Assembly: GCA_963751275.1 (NCBI GenBank)
Contig: CAVVTZ010000009.1
Span: forward strand, 320,001 to 384,000
DNA length: 64,000 bases
Source of the DNA: an uncultured Gemmatimonadaceae bacterium
GTDB lineage: Bacteria > Gemmatimonadota > Gemmatimonadetes > Gemmatimonadales > Gemmatimonadaceae
Reading direction: 5' to 3'
In this document: positions 1 through 11,957 of the stretch, in pieces
Position numbering within the stretch: the first letter of the stretch is position 1
Layout of the letters: every line of letters starts with the position of its first letter
Translations under genes and position numbers: made by a program
Notes under the pieces: generated by a model
What the model saw: the letters and a program-made list of their open reading frames with translations, nothing else
Told to the model about the DNA's origin: nothing
The model's database searches: none

Positions 1-54
1 GAGGCGCGCGAAGAGAAAGAGCGCGATGCCGAGGGGAGCATCCGGTTAGATTGA
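1..54 (+). CDS. 3' end of an upstream gene (partial)
   Basis: Frame 1 reads EAREEKERDAEGSIRLD-stop (TGA 52-54), converging on the palindrome at 69-196. Confidence 0.45.
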   Translation, partial: EAREEKERDAEGSIRLD

Positions 55-68
55 GTTCCGGGATGCAA

Positions 69-196
69 CAACGAACTGCTTTTGACAGGATGCACATGAT
101 GAAGAACAAGAGCGGGATGAACGGCCTGACCACGCTCAGGCCGTTCATCCCGCTCTTGTTCTTCATCATGTGCATCCTGTCAAAAGCAGTTCGTTG
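69..196. repeat. Long perfect inverted repeat, family A
   Basis: 61-bp perfect arms (69-129 / 136-196) with 6-nt loop ccacgc. Contains AACTGCTTTTGACAGGATGCACATGATG. Confidence 0.97.
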
Positions 197-199
197 CTG

Positions 200-1204
200 T
201 TAATGCCACCGATAGCCGAGCCCAATACCAAAGAAATCCGTATTCTCGTTATAGGTGGTGACCGTCCGATTCCAAATGAATCGCGCCAGCCAGTGGTCGC
301 CGATGTCGTAGGCGACGGTGGGCGAGACGAGGCCGGCGACGGCGTCCTTTCCCTTGGTGCCGGGGGGCGGTGTGTACTTCTGGTCCACCGCGAAGAACGC
401 GCCGAAGCCCAGCGCGAGTGAGACGGGGCCGAACTTCCGGGTGGGCCAGATCTGGACGCCGAGTCCATTGCGGACGATCACGGCGTTGTCGCCCTGGTAG
501 ATGTAGCTGAAGGTCAGGTCGAAATACTTCCAGACGCCGTGGCGGTATTCCGCCATGCCGGCGACGCCCTTGGGGTCGGCGGAGCCGCCGTTGGGGACCG
601 TCTGGCCGATCATCGCGGTGACCTGATTGCCGGTGGTGAAGGCGGTCTGCTCGACGGGCTTGTACTTGTAGACGTCGCCGTTCTGCGGCTGGAGTTGATA
701 GCCGATGCCGATGAGCACGCTGAGCGCGTCGAAGGTCTTGGGCGGCGCGATCTCCTCGTTCACCTGCATGCGAAAGATCCAGCGGTCCTTGCCGTAGTAC
801 GACATTTGGAGCGAGGAGAGCCAGAGCCAGCCCTGCACATTGGAGAAATCGCCGGCGTTGGAGGAATCGGCGGTCGTGTCGTAGAAGCGGTCGACCCCGG
901 TGGCGAATCCGAAGACGAATCGCTTGGTGCCGAAGGCGGAGCGGATGCCGAGCTGGGCGGCGATGCCGTCGCGCGCGTGGCCGGGGATGTGGCCGTCGTT
1001 CACCCAGCCGGTCTCGAAGTACCAGTGCTGGTCGATCCCCTGTTGGTAGTCGAGCCGCCACTGGTAGGTGGGCTTGGAATTGAACGACTGGTCGAACTGG
1101 GTGCCGATGAAACCGGTGAATTCCTGGGCCGTGGCGGGCGGGCCGGCGGCGATCAGCAGGGCCGCGGCGAGGGGCCCGCTCCAGAGGGGGAAGGATCGAC
1201 GCAT
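200..1204 (-). CDS. Putative outer-membrane beta-barrel protein
   Basis: Signal peptide (ATA-Q), alternating aromatic/Gly beta-strands, C-terminal GLGYRWH beta-signal. ATG at 1204. Confidence 0.7.
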   Translation of the reverse strand: MRRSFPLWSGPLAAALLIAAGPPATAQEFTGFIGTQFDQSFNSKPTYQWRLDYQQGIDQHWYFETGWVNDGHIPGHARDGIAAQLGIRSAFGTKRFVFGFATGVDRFYDTTADSSNAGDFSNVQGWLWLSSLQMSYYGKDRWIFRMQVNEEIAPPKTFDALSVLIGIGYQLQPQNGDVYKYKPVEQTAFTTGNQVTAMIGQTVPNGGSADPKGVAGMAEYRHGVWKYFDLTFSYIYQGDNAVIVRNGLGVQIWPTRKFGPVSLALGFGAFFAVDQKYTPPPGTKGKDAVAGLVSPTVAYDIGDHWLARFIWNRTVTTYNENTDFFGIGLGYRWH

Positions 1205-1329
1205 GACACGCAATCTGGGTCGAAGAATGCCTCTCGGGAAGGCGGTCGTTGCCCTTCGGTTGACCCCTCCCGGAGGTTATATTTCGTGGTCCTGAGATCG
1301 GTGTTTTCGCCCCGTCCAGCCCCATCAAA

Positions 1330-3849
<2,520 letters not shown>

Positions 3850-3856
3850 CCGCGGG

Positions 3857-4040
3857 CGGCGAGGGTGACACCGCGGACGGCGAATGTGACACCGCTGACG
3901 GCGAGTATGACATCGCTGACGGCGCCTGTGACGTGTGAGACGTGTGGCAACTACAAACGCCGCGGTCGTTGCCACACGTCAACGATCACAGGCGCATTCA
4001 GCGGTGTCACCCTCGCTTTCAGCGGTGTCATACTCGCCGT
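3857..4040. repeat. Inverted-repeat element family B (21-nt tandem units), copy 1
   Basis: Three units of consensus CGGCGAGGGTGACACCGCTGA, core hairpin GACGTGTGGCAAC..GTTGCCACACGTC, then two inverted 21-mers. Homologous to 30135-30296. Confidence 0.93.
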
Positions 4041-4114
4041 TTGCGGCCAGAGGCGTCGTTAGGCGTTAGACCACACTGGCGGTTGGAGATCCAGCGGTGC
4101 AGAGTCCTAGTCCC

Positions 4115-5071
4115 ATGTCCACCACGAATCTCGTCACCCTCGCCGATCTCCAAGCCGCCGCCGCCGTGCTGCGGGGCGTGGTCGTCCGTACGCCGCTCTT
4201 GCCCGCGGAGGATCTCGCGCCGGGTGTCTGGCTCAAGCCCGAAACGCTGCAACGCGGCGGCGCGTTCAAGCTGCGCGGCGCGTATTACTTCATTTCGCGG
4301 CTGGATCCGAAGGAGCGCGCGCGCGGCGTGATCGCGCCGAGTTCCGGTAATCACGCGCAGGCGGTGGCGCTCGCGGCACGCCTGTTCGGTGTGCCGGCCA
4401 CGGTGGTGATGCCCACGACGGTCACGGCCGCGAAGCGCGCGGGCGCGGAACGCTTCGGCGCGCGCGTCGAGCTCGCGGGCACGACCACGGCGGATCGGAT
4501 GGCGCGCGCGAAGGAGATGGTCGCCCAGGAGGGCGGCGTGCTCGTGCCGCCGTACGACGACGCGATCATCATCGCGGGGCAGGGCACGGCCGGCGTCGAG
4601 ATCGCTGAGGACCTGCCGGACGTGCGCACGGTGATCGTGCCCGTGGGCGGCGGTGGGCTCAGCGCCGGCGTCGCCACCGCGGTGAAGTTGATGTGCCCGC
4701 GCGCCCGCGTGATCGGCGTCGAGCCGGCGGGCGCGCCCAAGCTCACGCGCGCGCGCGCGGCCGGCAAGCCGGTGGTGCTCGACAGCACGAGCGGCCTGGC
4801 CGACGGCCTGCTCGCGACCGCGATCGGCACGATCCCCTTCGCGCACCACCAGGCGTACATCGACGAGGTGGTGCTCGTGGAGGACCGCGCGCTCCCCGGC
4901 GCGATGCGCTTCCTGCTGGACCGGATGAAGCTCGTGGTGGAGCCGAGCGGCGCGATCACGGTGGCCGCGATCCGCGAAGGGCTCGTGCGCACCGAGGGGC
5001 CCACGGTCGCGGTGCTCAGCGGCGGAAACATAGAATGGGATGGTCTCCGCACGATCCTGGGCCATGGATAA
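4115..5071 (+). CDS. PLP-dependent threonine/serine dehydratase or racemase
   Basis: KPETLQRGGAFKLRGA, SSGNHAQ, VPVGGGGL, EPSGA, SGGN motifs. Confidence 0.92.
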   Translation: MSTTNLVTLADLQAAAAVLRGVVVRTPLLPAEDLAPGVWLKPETLQRGGAFKLRGAYYFISRLDPKERARGVIAPSSGNHAQAVALAARLFGVPATVVMPTTVTAAKRAGAERFGARVELAGTTTADRMARAKEMVAQEGGVLVPPYDDAIIIAGQGTAGVEIAEDLPDVRTVIVPVGGGGLSAGVATAVKLMCPRARVIGVEPAGAPKLTRARAAGKPVVLDSTSGLADGLLATAIGTIPFAHHQAYIDEVVLVEDRALPGAMRFLLDRMKLVVEPSGAITVAAIREGLVRTEGPTVAVLSGGNIEWDGLRTILGHG

Positions 5072-6542
5072 GTCGCGCATCCTGATCGCGGATGACGACG
5101 ATCTGCTCGCCAGCACGCTCTCGTGGCTGCTGAAGGAGCAGGGCTACGACGTGCTGATCGTGCGCGGCGCGGTGGAACGCGTGCTGGAGCAGGTGCGCGC
5201 GATGCACCCCGACCTCGTCCTGCTCGACGTCCCGTCGCCGGTGAGCGACGGCGCCGCCGTGCTCGAAGGACTCGCCGGCGACGAGCACTGGCGCGATGTG
5301 CCGGTGCTCGCGCTGTCGTCACAGTCGGTGGAGGATGTCGCGCCGCAGCTGCTCACGCTCGGCGCGTCGGACGTGATCGCGAAGCCCTTCCACGTGCGCG
5401 ACCTGCTCACGCGCGTGCGCGTGCAGCTCCGCTCGCGGCGCGAGCTGCTCAACGCGCGCTCGGCGCTGCGCAACACCGAGGTGGAGCTCGAGCGCGCGAA
5501 GAGCGAGGCCGAGAGCCGGCGGAAGATGGTGGACATCCTGCACGAGGTGACGGGCGATTTCTCGAGCGAGGAGCTCTACCACATCCTCGTGCGCCGCGTG
5601 GCGCGCGCGCTCGACATCTCGCACTGCTCGCTGGTGCTCGCGCGGCCGGGGGACGCCGTGGGCGTCGTGGCCGCCGCCTATGAAACGCCCGGACTGCGGC
5701 ATCTCGAGATCCGGCTCGAGCGCTATCCGGAGATCCGCAGCGCGCTGGAATCGCGCGCGCCGGTGCTGATCGAGGATGTGGACGTCAGCCCGATCTACAG
5801 CCAGCTGCGCCACGAATGGGCGGCGGCCGGCACGCTGGTGCCGTTCCGCTCGGTGATCGCGCTCCCCTTCCGGCTGGATGGCGAGCAAGCCGGCGTGATC
5901 TTCCTGCGCACCGTGCAGGGGGAACCGGCGCTGGGCGCGGCCGACGTCGAATTCGCCGACACTGTGGTGGGCGCGGCCGTGTCCGCGATCCGGCGCGCGC
6001 AGGCGATCGAGAATACGCAGGCCGACAAGCAGCGCCTGGAGATCCTGGCCCGGACCGATCCGCTGACGCAGATCCACAACCGGCGCGCGCTCATGGAGCT
6101 GCTCTCGGCGGAGGTCGAGCGCGCCCGGCGCTACGGACTCACGCTGTCGCTCTTGATGATCGACCTCGATCACTTCAAACTCGTCAACGACACGTACGGC
6201 CATCCGGTGGGCGACGAGGCGCTGCGCAGCACCGCGCGCGTGCTGCAGCGGGAGGCGCGTACCGTGGATGTCGTGGCGCGGTACGGCGGCGAGGAGTTCG
6301 TCGTGATGCTCCCCGAGACGCAGGAGGAGGGCGCGGTGGCGGTGGCCGAGCGCATCCGCATCCGGATCGCGGAGCAAGCGATTCTGCCCGGCGCGAGCTA
6401 TGATAAGGCGCGGGTGACGGTGAGCATCGGGGTGGCGGCGGTGCCTTCGGCGCGGGTGAACGCGCCGGAGGATCTACTGGCTCTCGCGGACGAGGCGCTG
6501 TATCGCGCCAAGGCCGAGGGGCGCAACCGGGTATGCACGTGA
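5064..6542 (+). CDS. Diguanylate cyclase (REC-GAF-GGDEF)
   Basis: REC (ILIADDD, LLD, KPF), GAF-like middle, DLDHFKLVNDTYGH, RxxD I-site, GGEEF. Confidence 0.93.
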   Translation: MDKSRILIADDDDLLASTLSWLLKEQGYDVLIVRGAVERVLEQVRAMHPDLVLLDVPSPVSDGAAVLEGLAGDEHWRDVPVLALSSQSVEDVAPQLLTLGASDVIAKPFHVRDLLTRVRVQLRSRRELLNARSALRNTEVELERAKSEAESRRKMVDILHEVTGDFSSEELYHILVRRVARALDISHCSLVLARPGDAVGVVAAAYETPGLRHLEIRLERYPEIRSALESRAPVLIEDVDVSPIYSQLRHEWAAAGTLVPFRSVIALPFRLDGEQAGVIFLRTVQGEPALGAADVEFADTVVGAAVSAIRRAQAIENTQADKQRLEILARTDPLTQIHNRRALMELLSAEVERARRYGLTLSLLMIDLDHFKLVNDTYGHPVGDEALRSTARVLQREARTVDVVARYGGEEFVVMLPETQEEGAVAVAERIRIRIAEQAILPGASYDKARVTVSIGVAAVPSARVNAPEDLLALADEALYRAKAEGRNRVCT

Positions 6543-7663
6543 GCACACGCTGTCCTTCCTGCGGTACGGTGTATCCAGACGACGTGAAGTTCTGCGCCAA
6601 GGACGGCACGAAGCTGCTCGTGGCCAGCACAGCGACGCCGACGCCGGCGACGCCGCCGCTCGGTGTGCCGCCGGTGAGCGCGACGCCACCGTCCGCGCCC
6701 GCGATGCCGCGCAGCCCCACGCCGCCCTTCGCCGGCCCGCGCACCGTGGACTTCAGCAAGCTCACCGGGCAGCTGCTCGACAACCGCTACCAGGTGGTGA
6801 AGAAGGTCGGCGAGGGCGGAATGAGCTTCGTGTATCTCGCGCAGGACACGAACACAGGCGAGAAGGTCGCGATCAAGATCCTCTCGCCGGCGCTGATCAA
6901 GGATCCCACGGCGATGGCGCGCCTGCGCCGCGAGGCGGCGCTGGGCGGCAAGCTCGCGCATCCCAACGTGTGCCACATCATCCGGCTGGGCGAAACGACG
7001 GCCGGATTCGTCTACATCGTGATGCCGTTCGTGCAGGGCGAGCTGCTGTGCGACCGCAACGTGCGGCTGGGGCATCTGCCGCTGGATCTGACCGCGGGCT
7101 TCGTGAAGGACATGTGCGCGGGGCTGCACGTGGCGCACGAGCTGGGGATCATCCATCGCGACCTGAAGCCCGAGAACATCATGATCGTGGCGCGGCCGGA
7201 CGGGTCGGAGCGCGCGGTGGTGATGGACTTCGGGCTCGCGAAGGAGCGCGCCATGAGCCCCGAGGTGCAGAAGCTGACCGCCACGGGGATCGTGCTGGGC
7301 ACGCCGGAATTCATGAGCCCTGAGCAGCTGCGCGGGAAGCAGCTCGATCCGCGCACCGATGTGTACTCGCTCGCGATCATGGTGTACGAGATGCTCACCG
7401 GGAAGCTGCCGTTCGACGGGCGCACGCAGCAGGAGATCATGATCGCGCGGCTCAAGGGCGATCCGATCCCGATCCGCACGAAGCGGCCCGATCTCAATAT
7501 TCCCGCGGGCGTGGAGAAGGTGCTCACGAAAGCGCTGGCGCGGGACGCGGAGAACCGGTACGCATCGACGCTGGAATTCGGCGACGCATTCGCCCGGGCG
7601 GCGGCGGGTGAAGAGCCTGAAGAAGGCGGCGGGGGGATCATGGCCAGGTTCCTGAAGCGCTAG
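6533..7663 (+). CDS. Hanks-type Ser/Thr protein kinase with N-terminal zinc ribbon
   Basis: CPSC..FCAKDG, Pro/Thr linker, GEGGMS, VAIK, HRDLKPEN, DFG, GTPEFMSPE. Confidence 0.95.
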   Translation: MHVSTRCPSCGTVYPDDVKFCAKDGTKLLVASTATPTPATPPLGVPPVSATPPSAPAMPRSPTPPFAGPRTVDFSKLTGQLLDNRYQVVKKVGEGGMSFVYLAQDTNTGEKVAIKILSPALIKDPTAMARLRREAALGGKLAHPNVCHIIRLGETTAGFVYIVMPFVQGELLCDRNVRLGHLPLDLTAGFVKDMCAGLHVAHELGIIHRDLKPENIMIVARPDGSERAVVMDFGLAKERAMSPEVQKLTATGIVLGTPEFMSPEQLRGKQLDPRTDVYSLAIMVYEMLTGKLPFDGRTQQEIMIARLKGDPIPIRTKRPDLNIPAGVEKVLTKALARDAENRYASTLEFGDAFARAAAGEEPEEGGGGIMARFLKR

Positions 7664-7673
7664 AGCGAGAGTA

Positions 7674-7857
7674 GCGACCCGAACTCCGTTCTTCGCACCC
7701 CGAACACCGTGAGGCGTGAGGCGTGCGACGAACGCCTCACGCCTCACGGAGTTCGGGTGTCGGCTCACGCTCCACAGTCCGTTCGTCGCACGCCTCACGC
7801 CTCACGGTGTTGGGGGGACGAAGAACGGCGTTCGGGGTTCGCCTCACGCCGTTCGGG
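7674..7857. repeat. Inverted-repeat element family C (GTGAGGC heptamers)
   Basis: 32-bp perfect arms 7703-7734 / 7780-7811, extending imperfectly to 7674 / 7842. Extra internal arm 7732-7759. Confidence 0.92.
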
Positions 7858-7901
7858 AGCAGCGAGTTGCTCATTCGCCGCGACCCAGTGAGATTCCACG
7901 C

Positions 7902-9032
7902 ATGAAGCGTCACCCTCCGTTCGAGCCGCCCGAGTATTTGAATTGGCAGCCCGATGATGTGCTGCTGGGCGAGTTCCGTGCGACGCTCGACAAGGACCCC
8001 AAGCGCGCGGCGGTGATCCGGAAGCTCAGTCCGGTGCAGCTCCTGGACATGTACTCGGGGCTCGTGCGCAACCGGCTCGCGGACATCGGCCTCAAGCGGC
8101 TCGTGCGGCAGGGCGTGATCTCCAAGGCGTGGCTCGGCACCGGCGAGGAAGCCGCCACGATCGGGCCCGTGCATGCGCTCCGCCGCCCGCGCGCGGCCAC
8201 GACGCCGGCGGCGCGCGAGACGTGCGATGTGGTCGCGCCGATGATCCGTAATGCCGGCGCGTGTCTCGAGATGGGTATGTCCGTCGCGGACATGCTGCGC
8301 GCGTACATGGGCACGATGGATGGCCCGGCGCGCGGGCGCGACGGCCACTACGGCGACATGGCGAACGGTGTGCTCGCGCCCATCAGCCACGTGGGCGACG
8401 TGGTGCCGGTGGTCGCCGGCATCGCGATGAGCTTCCTGGCGCGCGGCAGCGACCGCGTTGCCATGACGTGGATCGGCGACGGCAGCGTGAAGGCCGGCGT
8501 CGCGCACGAGGGGCTCAATCTCGCGGCCGTCCGCAAACTGCCGGTGGTCTTCATCATCCAGAACAACCAGGTGGCGCTCGGCACGCGGCTCGACCAGCAC
8601 CACCTCGCGGCCAAGGGGGAGAAGTTCGCGCAGTGGCCCAAGGCGTACGGGATGTGGGGCGGCGTCTTCGACGGCAACAACGTGCTCGACGCCTACGCGC
8701 TCGCGGCGCTCGCGGTGGAGCGCTGCCGGCGCGGCGAAGGGCCGGCGCTGCTGGTGGCCGAGACCTTCCGCATGGGCGGTCACGCGACGCACGACGAGGC
8801 CGAGGCGCGCGAGACGTTCGATGCGTCGCTGTTCGATTATTGGGGGAAGCGCGATCCGGTCGCGATGTTCGAGGAGCACCTCGTGCGCACGGGGATCAGC
8901 CGCGAGCGGCTGGCCGAGGCCGAGCGCGCGGTGGAGGCGGAAGTGGACGCCGCGGAGGCGGAGGCGATGGCGAGCCGGGCCGACCACATGCCGGCGGGGC
9001 CGAGCGCGTTGAGCGGGGTATACGCCGAATGA
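7902..9032 (+). CDS. TPP-dependent 2-oxoacid dehydrogenase E1 alpha-like subunit
   Basis: GEEA, GDGS..HEGLNLAAV..LPVVFIIQNNQ, FRMGGHATHD, RDPV. Confidence 0.9.
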   Translation: MKRHPPFEPPEYLNWQPDDVLLGEFRATLDKDPKRAAVIRKLSPVQLLDMYSGLVRNRLADIGLKRLVRQGVISKAWLGTGEEAATIGPVHALRRPRAATTPAARETCDVVAPMIRNAGACLEMGMSVADMLRAYMGTMDGPARGRDGHYGDMANGVLAPISHVGDVVPVVAGIAMSFLARGSDRVAMTWIGDGSVKAGVAHEGLNLAAVRKLPVVFIIQNNQVALGTRLDQHHLAAKGEKFAQWPKAYGMWGGVFDGNNVLDAYALAALAVERCRRGEGPALLVAETFRMGGHATHDEAEARETFDASLFDYWGKRDPVAMFEEHLVRTGISRERLAEAERAVEAEVDAAEAEAMASRADHMPAGPSALSGVYAE

Positions 9033-10186
9033 ACTACAAGTGGCGTCAGTGGCGACTGCTGGCGTGTAGTACGGCATGCGTCGTGCTCTCCTGCTCGGCG
9101 CAGGAAGGCGGGCTCACGCTGCCGACGCAGCCGGCGCAGGACTCGCTGCAGGCGCGGCTCACGGTGCCAGCCGGATTCACCGTGAAATACTTCGCGCGCG
9201 GGTTGACGGGGGTCCGATTCATGGCCGTGGCGCCCGACGGGTCGGTGTACGCGAGCATCCCGCGCAACAATGAGGTGGTGCGGCTCACCGACACGAACGG
9301 CGATGGCGTGGCCGACAGGATGGTTCCCGCGGTGACGGGGCTCGACCGGCCGCATGGGATCGCGTTCCACAACGGCTGGCTGTACATCGCCAACACGGCG
9401 AGCCTGGTGCGCGTGCATCTCAAGAGTGACGGCACCGCCGCGAGCGCGCCGGAAACGCTCGCGACCTTCGCCGGCAACGGCATGCACTGGACGCGCTCGA
9501 TCGCGTTCGGCGCGGACGGCTCGTTGTATCTCGCGATGGGCTCGGACTGCAATGTGTGCGCCGAGACCGACACCATGCGCGCGGCGGTGACGCGCTACGA
9601 TGAGAACGGCAAGAACGGCCGCCGTTTCTCGTACGGCCTGCGCAACGCCGTGGGGATCGCGCTGGATCCCGCGACCGGCGAGATCTGGGTGTCGCAGAAC
9701 GAGCGCGACAACATTGAGCCCGACCACGAGAACCTGCCGCCCGACGAATTGAACATCCTGCGCGCGGGCGGCGACTTCGGCTGGCCGTACTGCTATTCGC
9801 AGCAGGGGACGGCGGTGCCGAACCCCGAGTTCCACGACGCGGCGCGCTGCGCCGGCACGATCCCCGCGGCGCTCGATCTGCAGGCGCACTCGGCGCCGCT
9901 GGGAATCGCCTTTCTCGCGACCGCGTCGAAATTCCCGGCGGACTGGCGCGGCGATCTGCTCATCGCGTTCCACGGCTCGTGGGACCGCAGCGTGCCGACC
10001 GGCGCGAAGGTGGTGCGCGTGCACATCGTCAACAACAGACCGGTGCGCTACGATGATTTCATCACGGGGTGGCAGTTCGCGAGCGGCCAGCGCTGGGGGC
10101 GGCCGGTGGGCGTGACGGTGGCGGCGGATGGATCGGTGCTCATCTCGGATGATGCGAGCGGGGCGATCTACCGGGTGACTCGCTAG
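9029..10186 (+). CDS. Sorbosone/PQQ-dependent sugar dehydrogenase family beta-propeller
   Basis: Signal peptide, LDRPHGIAF, GSDCNVC, GLRNAVG, NERD, AHSAPLG, AFHGSWDR, GRPVGV. Confidence 0.88.
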   Translation: MNYKWRQWRLLACSTACVVLSCSAQEGGLTLPTQPAQDSLQARLTVPAGFTVKYFARGLTGVRFMAVAPDGSVYASIPRNNEVVRLTDTNGDGVADRMVPAVTGLDRPHGIAFHNGWLYIANTASLVRVHLKSDGTAASAPETLATFAGNGMHWTRSIAFGADGSLYLAMGSDCNVCAETDTMRAAVTRYDENGKNGRRFSYGLRNAVGIALDPATGEIWVSQNERDNIEPDHENLPPDELNILRAGGDFGWPYCYSQQGTAVPNPEFHDAARCAGTIPAALDLQAHSAPLGIAFLATASKFPADWRGDLLIAFHGSWDRSVPTGAKVVRVHIVNNRPVRYDDFITGWQFASGQRWGRPVGVTVAADGSVLISDDASGAIYRVTR

Positions 10187-11229
10187 TGCGAGGTCATCGC
10201 CCGCTGGCGCTGGCATCGCTCGTGATGTCGACGGCGGCTGTGGCCGCTGGCGTGTTGCCTGCGCAGCAACAGCGCTCCACGGTGGTGGCGAACGCGCTCG
10301 TGGCGCGCGGGGACACGATGCTCTTCGCGGGGCGGCTGTTCGGCGCGGAGTCGGCGTACTACCGCGCGGCGTACATCGCGCCGCACGACGGGAACGCGCG
10401 CATGGCGCTGGGCCGCTATGAGGCGGGGCGGGGGCGGTGGCGCATTGCCGCGGTCCTGATGGAGGAGGCGCGACATTTCGGCTCCGATCCGGCGCTCGTG
10501 GCGGTGGACCTCGCGCCGGTGTATTCGATGCTCGGCATCGCCGACTCGCTGTACCGGCGAAAGGACGATTGGGCGGCGCTGGCCGCATTGCCGAGCGCGG
10601 CGATCCCGCTGGGCGAGCGGCTGCGCGCCGAGTATCTGCGCACGGCGCCGCCGGACATCGACGGGCCCGATTCATCGGTCGTGATGTACACCGTGAGCGA
10701 CAGCCATCTGCTGGGTCGCGTGAAGCTCGCGATCGGGAACGACACCGTGTTCGCGGTGATCGACGCGCGGGTGCGCGGCCTCGTGCTCGACACGTCGTGG
10801 ATGCGGCGCGACTCGGTGAAGCGGTTCGGGCCGAGGGGCTCGAAGGATCCGGCGCAGGTGTACGGCGTGATGCCGCGTGTGAAGATGGGCGACGTGACGT
10901 TCACCAACATCCCGGTGCGCTTCCAGGGATTCAAGACGAGCGGCAACGCACTGGTGGGGCTCGATTTGTTCGGCGCGCTCGCGCCGACGTTCGACCCGCG
11001 CGTGGGCTACGTGCTCGTCCGCAAGGGCGGGCGCGTGAGCGACAAGCTCGCCGGCTGGCGCATCCCATCGTTCGATGGCAAGACTGGCGTGATGGTCGTG
11101 AAGGGCGACACGATGTTCCCCGTGGGGCACCCCGACGTGCAGCAGTATTTCAGAGTGGGGAAATGGACGTGGGATGCGAGGCGCGGAATCGTGGTGGTGG
11201 ACTCGGTTGGAGTAAGTCCGAGTCCTTAA
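10186..11229 (+). CDS. Secreted hypothetical protein (TPR-like region plus degenerate retropepsin-like domain)
   Basis: Signal peptide, helical repeats, FAVIDARVRGLVLD and ALVGLDLF. Confidence 0.6.
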   Translation: MRGHRPLALASLVMSTAAVAAGVLPAQQQRSTVVANALVARGDTMLFAGRLFGAESAYYRAAYIAPHDGNARMALGRYEAGRGRWRIAAVLMEEARHFGSDPALVAVDLAPVYSMLGIADSLYRRKDDWAALAALPSAAIPLGERLRAEYLRTAPPDIDGPDSSVVMYTVSDSHLLGRVKLAIGNDTVFAVIDARVRGLVLDTSWMRRDSVKRFGPRGSKDPAQVYGVMPRVKMGDVTFTNIPVRFQGFKTSGNALVGLDLFGALAPTFDPRVGYVLVRKGGRVSDKLAGWRIPSFDGKTGVMVVKGDTMFPVGHPDVQQYFRVGKWTWDARRGIVVVDSVGVSPSP

Positions 11230-11345
11230 CTACAGACTTGGACGTTAGACTGAGACGCTAGACTGCCACGACAAAGGGCTCCCGGAATCCGGGAGCCCTT
11301 CGCCGTTGTATTCCAACGTCTCAGTCTAGCGTCCAAGTCTGCAGT
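11229..11345. repeat. Inverted-repeat element family D (13-nt units), copy 1, enclosing a terminator-like hairpin
   Basis: CAGACTTGGACGTTAGACTGAGACGCTAGAC ... AACGTCTCAGTCTAGCGTCCAAGTCTG. Confidence 0.92.
11274..11300. terminator. Putative bidirectional intrinsic terminator hairpin
   Basis: AAGGGCTCCCGG-AAT-CCGGGAGCCCTT between convergent genes. Confidence 0.6.
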
Positions 11346-11348
11346 AGA

Positions 11349-11798
11349 TCAGCCGCCAATGGTGAACGTCTTAGAAGCGATCACCGCGCCCGTCGCGTCC
11401 AGCACGGTCAGCTTCCACTCGCCGGTCCAGTCGGACGGGATCGTCTTGCGGCTGTAGGTGCGCCACGGGGAGCCGCCAATGTTCAGCGTCACGGTGTCGG
11501 CGTGCGGGCCGTGTGCCCACACGTGCATGATCTTCGAGTCCGCGGCGCCCGTGACGCTCGTCCACGCGACGAGGGTTCCGACGCTCGCGGGGAACGACGA
11601 TCCGGTGTCGGTCGCCATGTGGTTCTCGATCGCCTTACCGATCACGACCTCGGCGGTCACGCCGGCCTGCGCCGCGGGAGCCGGAGCGGCGGCCGGTGCC
11701 TGGGCCGCGGGCGTCTGAGCCGGCGGTGCAGCGGGCGCCTGGACTGCCGCGGTGAGCGCGACGGCGCCGGTGAGGCCCAACAGCTTCCAAGTGCGCAT
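11349..11798 (-). CDS. DUF2914-like secreted protein
   Basis: Signal peptide, Ala/Pro linker, HVW...WRTYSRKTI..WTGEW motif. Confidence 0.8.
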   Translation of the reverse strand: MRTWKLLGLTGAVALTAAVQAPAAPPAQTPAAQAPAAAPAPAAQAGVTAEVVIGKAIENHMATDTGSSFPASVGTLVAWTSVTGAADSKIMHVWAHGPHADTVTLNIGGSPWRTYSRKTIPSDWTGEWKLTVLDATGAVIASKTFTIGG

Positions 11799-11873
11799 GA
11801 GATGACCTCCGAGAGGAATCGTGACGGTGCATCGCTCGGACGACGATGGCTCCGCACCGGCACCGAGTCAATG

Positions 11874-11957
11874 ACAGCAGACTGAGACGTGAGACTGGGA
11901 CGTTAGGCGGCGAATCACGGCGGTCTAACATCCAAGTCTAACGTCCAAGTCTGCTGT
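11874..11957. repeat. Inverted-repeat element family D, copy 2
   Basis: ACAGCAGACTGAGACGTGAGACTGGGACGTTAGGC ... GTCTAACATCCAAGTCTAACGTCCAAGTCTGCTGT. Confidence 0.9.

Noticed and set aside
69..196. Long perfect palindromes as fold-back read artefacts
   Set aside because: Considered unlikely: they are confined to intergenic gaps, recur as families with shared motifs and have mismatched outer arms. Not formally excluded without reads.
3857..4040. 21-nt repeats as a CRISPR array or as a TARVTPL-repeat peptide gene
   Set aside because: Units are directly adjacent with no spacers, are mirrored in inverted orientation, and no cas genes are present. The short ORFs arise on both strands from the palindrome.
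7716..7901. N-terminal extension of E1-alpha and other ORFs crossing repeat elements (e.g. 19273-19692, 34841-35293)
   Set aside because: They are translations of palindromic repeats; better starts exist downstream.
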